Positions 40,201 to 56,400 of a stretch of DNA of 64,000 nucleotides are shown in pieces. A program made the position numbers and the translations under genes. Position 1 is the stretch's first letter. Each line of letters opens with the position of its first letter. The notes under the pieces are model-generated. The model searched no databases, was not told where the DNA came from, and saw only the letters and a program-made list of their open reading frames with translations. Origin of the DNA: the human T2T-CHM13v2.0 reference genome, Homo sapiens; assembly GCF_009914755.1 (NCBI RefSeq), contig NC_060927.1; one strand, written 5' to 3'.

Positions 40201-43200
40201 TTCTTCGTGACCCCAGGTGTCATGGATAAAAGATCTATAGATATAATTTTCAAGTCAGTGCAAGGGTATTTTTTCTAACACCGAAGTGATATTAAAGTGG
40301 ACTGAATTCTCTTGGGAAGTATTTAACTCCTAATTCTGGAGCTATTCCAGTGCTTGATAAACCACTCAGTGAAGATACTCTCAAATGAGTTCTTAGTATT
40401 TTTGTGTTAAACAGAAAATTTTCCAGTGTTAGGATAATTGGCAGGGATGGAAGGACTCAAAATTGCACTAATTGTATTATTCATAAAGAATAATGGAGTC
40501 ACCACCAAAGAATAACACAGTGTCTGAAAGGCATCCACGGATATCACTGTCTTCATTTGTTGAGTCTTCATCATCAGGTTACTGTTTTAATAGAGCTATT
40601 TACTTCCTTGGGTACACTCTCAGTTGTTCACTCAGATATGTTATCATAAGTTCAGATAAATAAAATATTTTCAGAATCATCTTGAAATTTCACTATACCT
40701 ATTATTTGCAACAAATGTTATTCCAGTTTCCCTTTGACTCTTTTAGCTTAATGTTCTGTGTAACAGCCATTGCTGTTAATATACGTATTTGGGGCAAAAA
40801 ATACAATATCCTTTGTGATATCCCTTGGATTGTAATATCTGACCTTTGACCCCACATGTTTTAATTATGCAACTAATTATCATGTAATAAAGGAAATACA
40901 ACTTCAAGATGGTAGCTTTGTATTTTATATTTAAAATCTTAGAAAGTTTTATTATTGATAAATAAAAGGATTCAAAATAATCCTGAAGTATAATGATGTT
41001 AAACATATAGTTTAGAACTAGATTAACAAAATAATACCATTTGCATAGGTAGGGTGTCTGATATGCTTCTAAATTAATTTGATTTGTATATTCTTGAAAA
41101 CTCCCACAAGTTATTTGCATGTACTAAATAGATGTTGCTTTTTATTCTGAAAGAATGAGAATGAAGATAAAACATAGGTTCATAGATTGGTCAACATGCA
41201 GAAAAACCAATATTGATTATTTTTACAGTTCATTACATCATTAACATATTGGGATTTCCCTTTTACTACAGACAGTAATATATTTCACTATGCATGTTTA
41301 TTGAAATACGTTTTAAATAGATTTGCATAACAAAGTATATATTAGTTCAAGCAGATGTTTAGGGTCATAACCGTCAAGAAATTTGAGCTGCCCAGGCGTG
41401 TGGCAAAATCAGGGTTACTAATGATTGTTTTATTGTTTCTGCATTTCAGTCATAGAGTCTGGCAGATTGCAAGTGTACTGTTACTCTGTAGGAGGTATAA
41501 AATGTTCATGATGTTATCTTGGGCGAGGCCTCCAGCCTGGAAGATCAGCATAACTCTGAGTTGCTAATCTGGCCAGTTCAGTCTTTGTTTTTATAGAGAA
41601 AATCAAAGATATATCAATTGATGCTAGTTGCAAATTATAGAAATGTTGTGATTAGTATTTTTGAAAGTCTTATATTAACAACACTTCATTAGTTGAAAAT
41701 TCTTCTCCTAGGCTCCAGTTACTATCTTCCCAGCTTAAATCCAGAAAACAACAGCAATGTCTTTGCCAGCTACCTCACATTTGGAGAATTGAACACTGTA
41801 GCTCAGCTTGAGGAAAGATGATAGCATTGGAACTGATTTCACTTTCTGAGCCTTTTTTTGAGGGTATTTACTAATAATACTTCTGAACTGTAAAATCTGT
41901 GGGTTAGCATCCCCCTCTGATGCAAGAAACCTGGAGTTTACTGGCTAGCTAGCAAATGCAAAATTAGACAATTTTGCTGGGAGCTAAATATACACGGTTA
42001 AGTGTGTTTGACTATTATATGGCTGCAGAAAGTTCCACATGCCAATTTATTTGCTTATGGTGTTTTGGAAAATGGAATCCTTTAGAGAAAGAGAAAGAGA
42101 ACACACCAACTTTCAACTCCATTGATTTTAATTAAGCTAACTGTAGATTGGCAAGCACTGCAAAATTCACAAACCTGATGAGACAAAAGAGATTACACAA
42201 TAGGTACAGGAACTAATGGCTAGTCCTTAATTATCTGAAACTGACAAGACAATGACCTGTCAAATTAATGGAAATTATCTTCCATAAAGCCTTGGTGGAA
42301 TGGCAGCATAATATTGAACTTCAGAAGGAAAAGAAGCCTGGACCAAAAAGAAGTTCCTTGCCCTTAAAAATGAGCATACCATAATAGACACAGACATGGG
42401 AAGATGCTCATGATGTATTAAGTAGAAAAAAAAAATAGAAAATAATATAGTCAGCCTGTTCCCGTTTTGGTAAAATTGAAATACACCAAACCACTTTTAC
42501 CTGTTCTACCAACATAGGATGTGTACCTGGTCACTCCTGTTTCGTTTTATTGTATATATATGTATTTTTTTTCAATTAATATTGGAAAACCCCATTTTCT
42601 CTTCTGGGAAAAAAAATCTAATACTGTCTCTAGGTCCTTCTGCCAAACCCAGTGAGACAGATCCCAGATGCCAATGCCATTGCTTATCAATATCACATGG
42701 TATCACTGTCAGATGCACATCATGAAAAACTTCATGCCTGTCTGCTGCTACTGGGATACCCTTGCTAGTAGAAGCCTGTGCCAGAGTGGTGCTCATGAGG
42801 TATCAAGGATATAGCCCATTTTACATCATACTCCCATGTTCCATCCTTATTCCACTAAACAATCATGGAGCTAGTAAGGCTGTGTTTGGATGAGTTACTG
42901 CAAGCTAATTTTAGTAGGCCAAATAATGCATACAGTAAACTAGAGAATATTTGCTTGAAAATATTATGGTGACTTGTCCTTATTTTAGACTCACCTCGTA
43001 AGTAGTAACTAAAACAGTAAATGAATGAATGCAAGCTGTCTGGACCAGCTTGGTAATAAATATCCTGAAGTTCATCTTTCCATTTTTAAAAAGTCACCCA
43101 ACTTATGTTTGATAAATATAAACAAACTTTTTTATGTCATCATTTTAAATGCTTTAGGAAATGGTTTCATTTCCTTTTGTTTTGTCCGATGTTCATATCT

Positions 43201-44029
43201 TTCATGCTTTGCTTATCTTTTGGAAGTGTCTGTCCAACTAGAGCTCTTCCAAAGAGATATTTGGCAAGGACATCTTCTGCTCCCAGGTATAAAAGGGAGT
43301 CAAACACCATTATTATTTTTATCCTTCAGGAAAAACCTTCTGTGAAAATCCTGATTGCATTTCCTTTTATAAGATTCTGTCTCATATTTATTAACTGAAA
43401 GGTTGGGTCAAATCAGCCACTTGTACTCTCTGTAGTTTATCAGCAGAAGGATTCTTTGAAAGATTAAATTGCACAGGGCTGACTTCTAAAGTGCAGTGAA
43501 AAAAATAAAAAAGCCACTTGGTAAAAATGCTAAAACTGTTATTTTCTTGGGAAATGTTGTAGAATTTTAGCAAATTAACATGTTACATTTAAACCCATTT
43601 GTACTTGAGACTGGATTGTTTATAGATGCTTGAAAGAACCATTATTTGTGTGTACAGATAAGCAAATTGAAAAACATAATTACTCATAACCGTGTTTCAT
43701 GTTTTCCAGAATCTTAAAGAAGTCAAAAATATCAGTGAAATCAAGCATGGAGAAATATTGCATTATTAATATTATACTGAAAAGTAAATAAGATTTTTGA
43801 ATTTCTTTATAAATCATTTTTAGTTATCATAATCCTTCAAGCATCAATTCACTGTGTTTTAAAATGCACATTTATTATCTCTGTATGTGATTTTTCACAT
43901 CTTTCATTTTTTTCTCTATATTTATGTTTGGGGAAGAACGTGGAATATAGAATGCAGACATGATGTCTCTGAAATACATGTCTCCTCTCCCAAAGACATA
44001 GTCACATTTTATAGTTAAATTTTGGTTTG

Positions 44030-44265
44030 AAAGTTCTAATTTCTCTTCCATTAACCTTTCTGATTCCAAATGCTACCAGTCTCTGTGGCCAAGAGAATGA
44101 TACACCATCTTTCTCCATCCCCAACAACAGAAAGCTCAGTTTCATCTTCCATTTTCCCCAGCTTTTCCACCTCATACCACTCAGAAAGTCCTGGATTTTA
44201 TTTTCTTTTGAGTTTCTTGAATAGGTTTACCCTTTCTCCATTTCTGATTCCTGAGTCCTTTCATT
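44030..44265 (+). mobile_element. L2 relic (continues at ~48020-48540 beyond the L1 and a MIR)
   Basis: Pyrimidine-rich L2-like sequence. An L2 3'-end-like GAGCTCTTCAACAAGAGGGCC lies at 48430. Confidence 0.45.
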
Positions 44266-44271
44266 AGTCTC

Positions 44272-47844
<3,573 letters not shown>

Positions 47845-47894
47845 CTATTAACACTCACACCGTCTCCCTTACCCCCCCCTACTCCAAGCATAGA

Positions 47895-48020
47895 TACTAT
47901 TATCCAACTTTTAAGTATGAAAAAACTGAAGGCTGCTCAGGGCTTAAAGGTTTAAATTAAGGCTATGATTTGGATCCAGATCTGCCTCTCTCTAAAGCAT
48001 GAGCTTTTCAACATTACAAT
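47895..48020 (-). mobile_element. MIR fragment
   Basis: TATTATCCAACTTTTAAGTATGAAAAAACTGAAGGCT...GATTTGGATCCAGATCTGCCT. Confidence 0.6.
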
Positions 48021-50009
48021 AGGCTGTCTCACTTTTCACTGATATCAGAGTAACCTTTTTTAAACCATGGTGCTGAACATATTCCATTTCCCTGCATAAG
48101 TGGATTGCAACTGGTGTAGGTTTAAGTACAGATTTCTTAGCAGGACATCAAAGTTTTTAATTACCTGACTCTCACCTGCATTTCTGGCCTGTTATATTTG
48201 CAATCACTTTCTCAATGACTTCTTATATTGCAGGTTAATCAGGAATATATAATCAGCCTGCCTAGAACATGACTCCATGTCTTGCCTATGTTAGACTCTC
48301 AGCCTGGAAACCCTTCTACTTAAAACTTGTCTTCTTATCTCACACCCTTAGCTAGGAAAAGTTTTCTAACTTCTAGGTAGAGCTGGTTCCTCCGTCTTCC
48401 AGGCATCTTCACACCTTGTACTAGGCAATGAGCTCTTCAACAAGAGGGCCCACTTGTTTTCTACTTTCTTATTCTGCAGAATCTATTGTAGAGCCTTGCT
48501 CATACTGGGACTAAAAATACATTTAAAAAATAAAATTAAGCACACTTATTTTCCATAGGAATTTTTGAGTCATTGGTTCCCTGAATAGCCCTACTCCCCT
48601 TTTCCATTTTGAAGAAGTACGTATAGTTTTCCAAAACGTTCTTGTTTGACCAGTGCGATCAGTTCATTTAGTCAAAGCGTTTGCACTGTTCCTAACTTTT
48701 CTACCTTAAGAAGCATACTTTTGCTCAAGCAGAGCGTTTAGTGCACGTCTCCTTTAACAGATTCCTGCTGAGAGCTAACAGCTGGATTATTGAATCTTCT
48801 CCTTCAAAACCACTCTTTGACTTATTACAAGATTATTTTTCTCAGTTACATTTGATTCTTTATAGGTACCGTTTTCTGCCCCTGGCCTTGTTTAAAATTG
48901 AATTGTGATGGCTCTTCCCCTGACTTGTCTTTTAAAGCTATTATCATTTACTTCATTTTTTTTTTAGGCCTTTACTGGAAAATTTCTGGCTGTAACACTT
49001 TCTTATAATTTCTATTTCTATTCCAGGTTTCTGCTTAAGCACAGTGTTGCATTAATAAGGGTCAGGCAAAGTTTCAACAGCATTTAATCTTACACTTTAA
49101 ATTTTTGTTCACATTTTATGGTCTTGACACATTTACTGTAATAAAGGGAAATCATTAATTCACTAAGAAACGTGTAAAAACTATAGTTTTGCTTTTGATT
49201 AATTTCCACATTCATCATTACTTTGCTACTAATTTACCATGCATTGAAGAGACTGAGGGTGCAAAATATGATTTTTTTTCTTTGTTTAAAAAGAACTGTC
49301 TTAGAAACCAAATGAGGCTAAAAATGTACCTGTGTTTTGGCTGTCAAAGGGGAGAAGATTACTTCTTCTTGAACGTGTTTTCTGTCTCATCCTCATGTTT
49401 CCTTTATTTATACCAAATACACCATACCGTTCTCTACTTTTTTTTTTTGAAGTAAAAGAAAGCTATAGCCGTAGCCACTGTCATATTAACTCTGAAAATA
49501 GGTTTTTTCCTTTATGAAGAGGAAAGAAATCTTAATTTACTTTTGGCTTATGGAAGGAAATCATCTAAAATTTTATAATGCCAGCTACATCTTGAACATT
49601 TTTGAATACTGTTGTTATGAAACAAAATCATACTTGAGCCTAGAGGTCAAATATATCACCAATATTGGCAGCAGGCAATTGAATAACGATTTTTTGTTTT
49701 TGTTTTGCACTTGGATAATTGATACTAAAGTGGTAGTGACTACTAAAATTAATGAAAAGGAAGCTATAGTTTTTACACTATAACTAGGCCAAATTGGGAA
49801 GGTATCAAAATTATAGTTATAAAATGAGACTGAAAGTTTAAAACAGATCACTACCTATGACGCACACAATTGCAAGCCCTTTTTCGTAGATCAGTCAATC
49901 AAGTCTTTGCAAAAACCCAAAGAGGGTTATTTTGGATTTTAGGGGAGGAGAAAACTGAGACTCATAAAGTTAAATAAACTCTCCTCCTTTATTGTATTGT
50001 TTTGTTAAA

Positions 50010-50950
50010 TATAGATTTTTATTCGTATTTTTAACAACACAAATATTTGTAGAAAAATTTAGAGAATGCAGAATAAGCAAGAGAAAAATAAACACAATGT
50101 ATTGCTATCCCCCCAGTTTTCTTAACTGTGTATTACGCATTTTTGTGTAGCCTGCTTTTTTGCTTTAAAATGTCATGACCTTTTCCAACCATAAGTATGT
50201 TATTTTTCATATGTCAGTTTTAATGGCTATAATATTCTCCTCAGTGTTTTTGAGGGTCTTTGAGAGCACTCAGTAAGTAGCACCTGTCTTTTCTACCCAA
50301 TTCAGTTGAAAAATAGACAGCAAGTGGAGAACCAGAATATCACCCTATTCCTAATTAAGGCACAATTGGCAGGCACAGCTTACAATGAGAGAAAAAATTG
50401 GCTTGCTCACTGCATCCCTTGGAAGTTTGTTGAGCTGTGAGAAGAACCCACTTCAGGGAAAGCTTAAAGCCAGGGAGCAGGAAATCCCTGCCCTTCACTG
50501 TCCCTGGCTAGAGGAAGGAGGAAAAGAAGCAACTTCTCCAAGCAGAGAAACTTTGATCATGTCTACCCAATACCTGTAACACACCAACCACTGTAAAGCT
50601 GGTGGTCCTCTGCTCTGGGGATGAGGAAGTGGTGGAAAAGGAAGCCAGGCAGACTGCGGAGGATGCCACAAAACAAAGGTGAGGAAGGAGGCATTCCCCT
50701 GTGATATATGAAGTTCATATTACTCATTTAATCAATCCCCTATTGTTGTACACTTAGGTTGTTTCAAAACAACAATGAAATTAAATGCATTTGTAATTAA
50801 TTATTGTGTACATTATAGAAATTTTCTTTAAATGAAACTCTATAAGTAAAATTCCTGGGACAATGTTTTTAACATGTTTAAAGGTTTTAATGCATTTTAC
50901 CACATTTTACTCAGGAAAGTTTTGTCAATTTACATTACCACTCAGTAATG
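50010..50950 (-). mobile_element. Old L1ME-like 3' fragment interrupted by a GC-richer insert (~50225-50706)
   Basis: TTTAATGGCTATAATATTC | insert | ATTTAATCAATCCCCTATTGTTGTACACTTAGGTTGTTTC, collinear L1ME motifs. Confidence 0.5.
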
Positions 50951-51259
50951 TGTAACCTCATTTATTTTTAATAAGTGTATTTGAACCCAGGAAAGTTGGC
51001 TCTGGAGCCCAAATTATTAATCTTAACAAAATCCTGCTAGTTACTAAATAAAAAAAAAACTGTAAAATTCATGAAATTTCTCTGACTCCATAAACTTTCA
51101 ATGGATAATTTCTATATCTGTCCATACTGCCTGGGAGTGGAGAATTATAATGGTCATGAAAGTGGCCTTTGGCCTTGGACTCCTCCTGGCTTTGAATTCT
51201 GAATTTGCCCTTAACTAGAGCTGTGGCAAGTTATCATAGATGTTCAAGCAACTCTGCTC

Positions 51260-51590
51260 TTCACAGTGCTAATAAAGACATGCGCAAGACTGGGTAATTC
51301 ATAAAGAAAGAGGTTTAATTAACTAACTGTTTGGCATGACTGGGGAGGCCTCAGGAAACTTACAATCATGGCACAAGGTAAAGGAAGCACATCCTTATTC
51401 ACATGGCAGCAGCAAGGAGAAGTGCCGAGCAAAAGGGGAAAAAGCACCACTCACTATCAGGAGAACAGGACATGGGAAACCTCCCCCCTGATTCAATTAT
51501 CTCCCACTGGGTTCCTCCCATGACATGTGTGGATTATGGGAACTACAATTCAACATGAGATTTGGGTGGGGACACAGCCAACTCATATCA
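51260..51590 (-). mobile_element. MaLR LTR, THE1C-like, missing its last ~14 nt
   Basis: TGCTAATAAAGACA...GGGGAGGCCTCAGGAAACTTACAATCATGGC...ATTTGGGTGGGGACACAGCCAACTCATATCA. Confidence 0.9.
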
Positions 51591-52192
51591 GCATCCACCA
51601 CATCAAACCCACTAAGTGAGCTACATTTTTGCTGCATGGAATGAAAATGTCCACACAGCACAGAGAAGAATATGTGCTTCATAGAGTAATGATAGTCAGG
51701 TTAACACAAGATGCTTCTGTGAGAGGCTGATGGTCAGCCCTGAGATCAGTAACCAGAAGCCGTGGCTTCCAGAAGGCTGCCTGGATCTGGTTAGTGAGGA
51801 TTTCAGTAGTGAAGTGACCAGCAATAGGAGTAGCTCCAGTGGCAGCAGCGAACTTCAGCACAGCCCACTGGCCAGGATTCCTGGACGACCTGACATTGAC
51901 ATCAGCAGGGTTTTCAAGGGCAACAATGGCATAAGCTGTCAGCAGAAGCTTCTCCCAGGTCCTCTTCAGATTTAGGATGTAGATGCCATCAGTTTTCCTT
52001 TTATAGATATACTGTTCCATTTGGAAGGGTTGGTGCCACCTAGCAGGTTCCAGCTACTAGGAACTAGAGGGCATCCTCCTCCTTCATTTGCAGGACATCA
52101 AGGACTCCCGACATTGTGAAAGTTTCCATTTAAGTTACCATGGGAACCCAGAGCAACACATGTGGACTCCTGTCTGGATAGTGCAGAAACCT
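51591..52192 (-). pseudogene. Processed RPSA (40S ribosomal protein SA / laminin receptor 1) pseudogene, 3'-truncated
   Basis: Intronless match from the 5'UTR through ATG (52114) [41 protein letters not shown] and [18 protein letters not shown], up to GLMWWM. Carries premature stops and indels. Confidence 0.95.
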
Positions 52193-53215
52193 AAGCCTGC
52201 TTTATTATATCCACCCACATTTTCAAATTTCCAGCATTTTTATCCGACCTTTAAAGATAGTAAAGAAGTCAGAATATTTTTTAAGTATATAAAAGTAAAT
52301 AATTACCTTATTAATCAGACAAGACTTTACTATAAAACCAAATACCTCTGAGTTAACAATATTGAATATTAACATGGTAAAAAGGCATCAGGATGAGTTC
52401 TTTTATGGAGAGGTCCTAAAAATATATAATATTGAAGTGTATGTGTGACACAGGTAAGTTATATTGCACTCAGAAGTGTTGGAAATTCTGTGAGAGATTG
52501 GTTTATATTTGAGAACCTGCGTGAGTCTAAGATGGCTCTCGTCTTCTTCTAGAAAAGAACAAATGTGAAATAAGACCCCTATTATTTCTTTAGGTCTTAC
52601 TGAGATTTCTTCTTTTGCAAGAGGATGTGAGTTTTCTGTAGTAACACCATACTTCGCATTGGATCACTAGGTAGTTATGGACTAATCTAGGGCTGAGGGA
52701 GAGATTTTTATGACACACTTTATAATAGACTTTCAGCGTTTTTCAGAAAGAAAATCCCACTGAGGATACAAAGTTTATATTTTTCTTTGACTGTAACACA
52801 TCACAATAAAGATGATACTCTGCTGATATATGAGATTCATGTTATCTGCAGGAAAACTTAAAGTGTTTTGTTCTATGTGACAGTGACACTGTGTCTAAGA
52901 ATGCTAAGGCAGAGAAAAAATGGAGATTTAGGTAATATTTATATAGATAAGAAAGAAAGTTTAGGCTCATAGTCCAGAAAGTAAACTGCTAATTCTTGCC
53001 TAGTATGTTTTTTTTTAATTTTTTTAATTCCTTGAGTCTCCTCAGTTTTGCATGATTTTGACACTGTTTACCAGACAATTCTACATTATCTCTCCTTGTC
53101 TTTTGGTTTGAATTAAAAGTAATTTAGGATAATTTCAGTTTACCTAAAATTAATGAATCTAATTCTTTACCTGGTAAAAAAAAATTTGTTCTTTGTCTTC
53201 CATAATCTGTCCCTC

Positions 53216-53682
53216 TGTAATTATTAATTTTACATGTTAAGGTCCAGATATTTGGTCAAACACTATTTTGAATTCTGCTGTGAAGGAATTTTTAAGATGA
53301 TATTAACATGTAAATTAGTAGACTTTGAGTGAAGCAGATTAACCTCCATAATCTAGGTGGGCCTCATTTCATCAGGTGAAGCCCTTAATGGTGGGGGGAT
53401 GGAAAGACTGACCTCTCCTAACATCTTTCTCTCCTGAGGAAGAGGGAATCTGGCAGCAGACTGCCTTAGACTTGAGCTGCAACGTTCATTCTTTCCTGGG
53501 TCTCCAGCTTGCTGGTCTATCCTGCAGATTTTGGACTTACTAGCCTCCACAATCACATAAGCCAATTTCTTAAAATAAATCTATTTCTCTCTCTCTCTGT
53601 CTCTTTCTCCATCCATTCATCCATTCATCCGTCTACACATTTTTTATTGTTTATTTTTCTCTGGAGAATCTTGACGGATACA
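53216..53682 (+). mobile_element. ERVL solo LTR, MLT2C/D-like
   Basis: CCAGATATTTGGTCAAAC...CCTGCAGATTTTGGACTT...TCTCTGGAGAATCTTGACGGATACA. TSD-like CCCTC/CCATC. Confidence 0.85.
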
Positions 53683-53829
53683 CCATCTGTTTATCAATCA
53701 TTCTTGAAACAGAAAATTCTACCTGTGTATGCACCTTGACTGGAAAGAGTTTTTGCCAAGTCTGTACTGTACCTAGTTAAGGCATATTTAGAAACATGGC
53801 CGTGGGAAAACAAAAAACAGCAAGATTAA

Positions 53830-54134
<305 letters not shown>

Positions 54135-54304
54135 AAAACATAGAGATATATTATATATCCTAATTCTACAAGGATGTTTCTGGCTTTACTTATGTGTGTA
54201 TTAAGGTTTTTCTTCTCTTCTTCCACACTATTTTCTTATAGTTGACATATGGTAATATAGTAAGAAAAAATACACATATATTTCTTCTTGCAATATATAT
54301 TCAT

Positions 54305-54726
54305 TGGGATGTTTAACACTGAGTGTCAACCTGATTGGATTGAAGGATGCAAAGTATTGATCCTGGGGTGTGTCTGTGAGGGTGTTGCCAAAGAGATTAA
54401 CATTTGAGTCAGTGGGCTGGGAAAGGCAGACCCACCCTCAATGTGGGTGGGCACAATCTAATCAGCTGCCAGTGTGGCCAGAATATAAAGCAGGCAGAAA
54501 AACGTGAAAAGGCTAGACTGGCTTAGCCTCCCATTCTACATCTGTCTGCCATGCTGAAAATCGGACTCCAAGTTCTTCAGCTTTGGGACTCGGACTGGTT
54601 TCCTTGCTCCTCAGCTTGTAGACAGCCTACTGTGGGACCCTGTGATCGTCTGAGTTAATACTACTTAATAAACTCCCTGAGAATATATATCCTATTCTTT
54701 CCCTCTGGAGAACCCTGACTAATACA
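54305..54726 (+). mobile_element. ERVL solo LTR, MLT2A2-like
   Basis: TG...CA termini, GAGTGTCAACCTGATTGGATTGAAGGATGCAAAGTATTGATCC, and GAACCCTGACTAATACA end. Perfect 5-bp TSD TTCAT. Confidence 0.92.
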
Positions 54727-54742
54727 TTCATATATACATAGT

Positions 54743-54960
54743 TTTATATATATATATATATATAATATATATATAATATTTATATATAATATATATTATA
54801 TATTTATATAATATATATAAATAATATATATAATAATAAAATATAATAATATATATATTATATATTATAATATATATATTTATATATAATATATATAATA
54901 TATAATATTTATATATTATATGTTTATATTTATATATAAATATAATTTATATATTTATAT
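54743..54960. repeat. Nearly pure AT low-complexity island
   Basis: About 215 bp of (TA)n/TAA variants with almost no G or C. Confidence 0.95.
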
Positions 54961-55131
54961 CATATATAGTAATATATGTGTATATTGCAATACATGTATA
55001 CATATGTGTGTACATTGTATATATGTATATTGCAATATGTATATTGCAATACATACATATATACATATGTATGTATAATGCAATTTATATATTGTATATA
55101 CACATGTACATATTATGCATGTATACATACA

Positions 55132-55276
55132 TATATGTGTATGTATTGTATACACATATGTTATATGTGTATGTATTGTATACATATATGTTATATGTGT
55201 ATGTATTGTATACATATATGTTATATGTGTATGTATTGTATACATATATGTTATATGTGTATGTATTGTCTACATA
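55132..55276. repeat. 30-bp minisatellite, 4 full plus partial copies
   Basis: Unit ATGTATTGTATACATATATGTTATATGTGT at 55141, 55171, 55201 and 55231. Confidence 0.95.
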
Positions 55277-55956
55277 CACATACGTGCATGTATTGCAATC
55301 AGATGAAAGCACACACTGTTTCAGTCTAATAAAGGCAAATGCTAGCAAGAAATTAATTTCACTGTTAAATTTCCAATTATTTTCTAGATCCTGTAGCTCA
55401 GGAGCAGCAAAGGATTACAAAGAAACAAAATGCTATGTGGGGGAGAGAGTATGAGGATATAAGAGAGCTAGCCTCACAAAAGATGTTTTTTCCTGGCCCA
55501 TGAGAATAGCAACTTGAAAGGAGAATAGGAATAAACAGAATAAGCTAAATAAACCATACTGGATTTCTTTCATTCTAGAGATGAAGTTTTATTTGGAGTA
55601 TTAGGATTGAACCTGAAATTAAAAAATAAAATAAAGGTTATTTCCCTGGATTCCAGTCAGTTGTGATTAACTAATAACAAAGCCATTTGGTTGTAGACAA
55701 TGTCACTTATCACTTTCATGACAAGTGATGACAATTTGGAATCATGCAACTGTAAATGTATGCTTGATATACAGGATGCAGTGGTGAAGAAATCAGTCCT
55801 GGCTTTCAAGGTCCTTATCAAACTTGTGGCATCCTGCTATTTATTGCAATCATTTGCATCCCTCTTATCCCCTATTTTTGGAGTTCTAGCTCATTGCAGT
55901 CTAAGGACAGTAAATTATATATATTCATACACCACACAATGTTAAGCAGATACCAA

Positions 55957-55962
55957 ACACAC

Positions 55963-55997
<35 letters not shown>
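55957..55997. repeat. (CA)n microsatellite
   Basis: About 20 CA units with one interruption. Confidence 0.95.
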
Positions 55998-56000
<3 letters not shown>

Positions 56001-56001
56001 C

Positions 56002-56400
56002 TGTATAATTTTGCTATTGGCACAAAAATGCTGCAAAACCAATCCTCTCAAACCTAGTAGCTTAAAGCATGATCAAGTGAAATTTTTCATACACCTCTGG
56101 ATCAGCTGTGGATGGACTGGTCTGTGGCTGGGCTGGATAGCTTTGCTGATCTATGCTGAGCTTCGCTGGGCGGTTTGATTGTGTCTCTTTTACTCCAAGC
56201 AGGATAACTTGACATTTTCTCATCACAGAGACAGAGGTACTAGGAAAACGAGCTCCATCAATCAGACATTTCAAGCTTCTGCTATGTCATACCTAACAAC
56301 TTCACATTGGCCAACGCAGATCACATGACTATGTCCAAGGTCAAGGAGGAAGAAGGTGTTGCAAAGTCACAGGACAAGGTTTCGATATCTAATTTCACTA
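56002..56400 (-). mobile_element. MaLR LTR, MLT1H/I-like
   Basis: ATGCTGCAAAACC...TAGCTTAAAGCA...TTCAAGCTTCTGCT...CATTGGCCAACGCAGATCACATGAC. Confidence 0.65.

Noticed and set aside
55132-55276. CRISPR-like array or any prokaryotic system
   Set aside because: The repeats are contiguous with no spacers, and the window is primate DNA with no operons or cas-like ORFs.
54955-55454. Overlapping 63-158 aa repetitive ORFs (YICV-rich)
   Set aside because: These are translations of the 30-bp minisatellite and low-complexity DNA.
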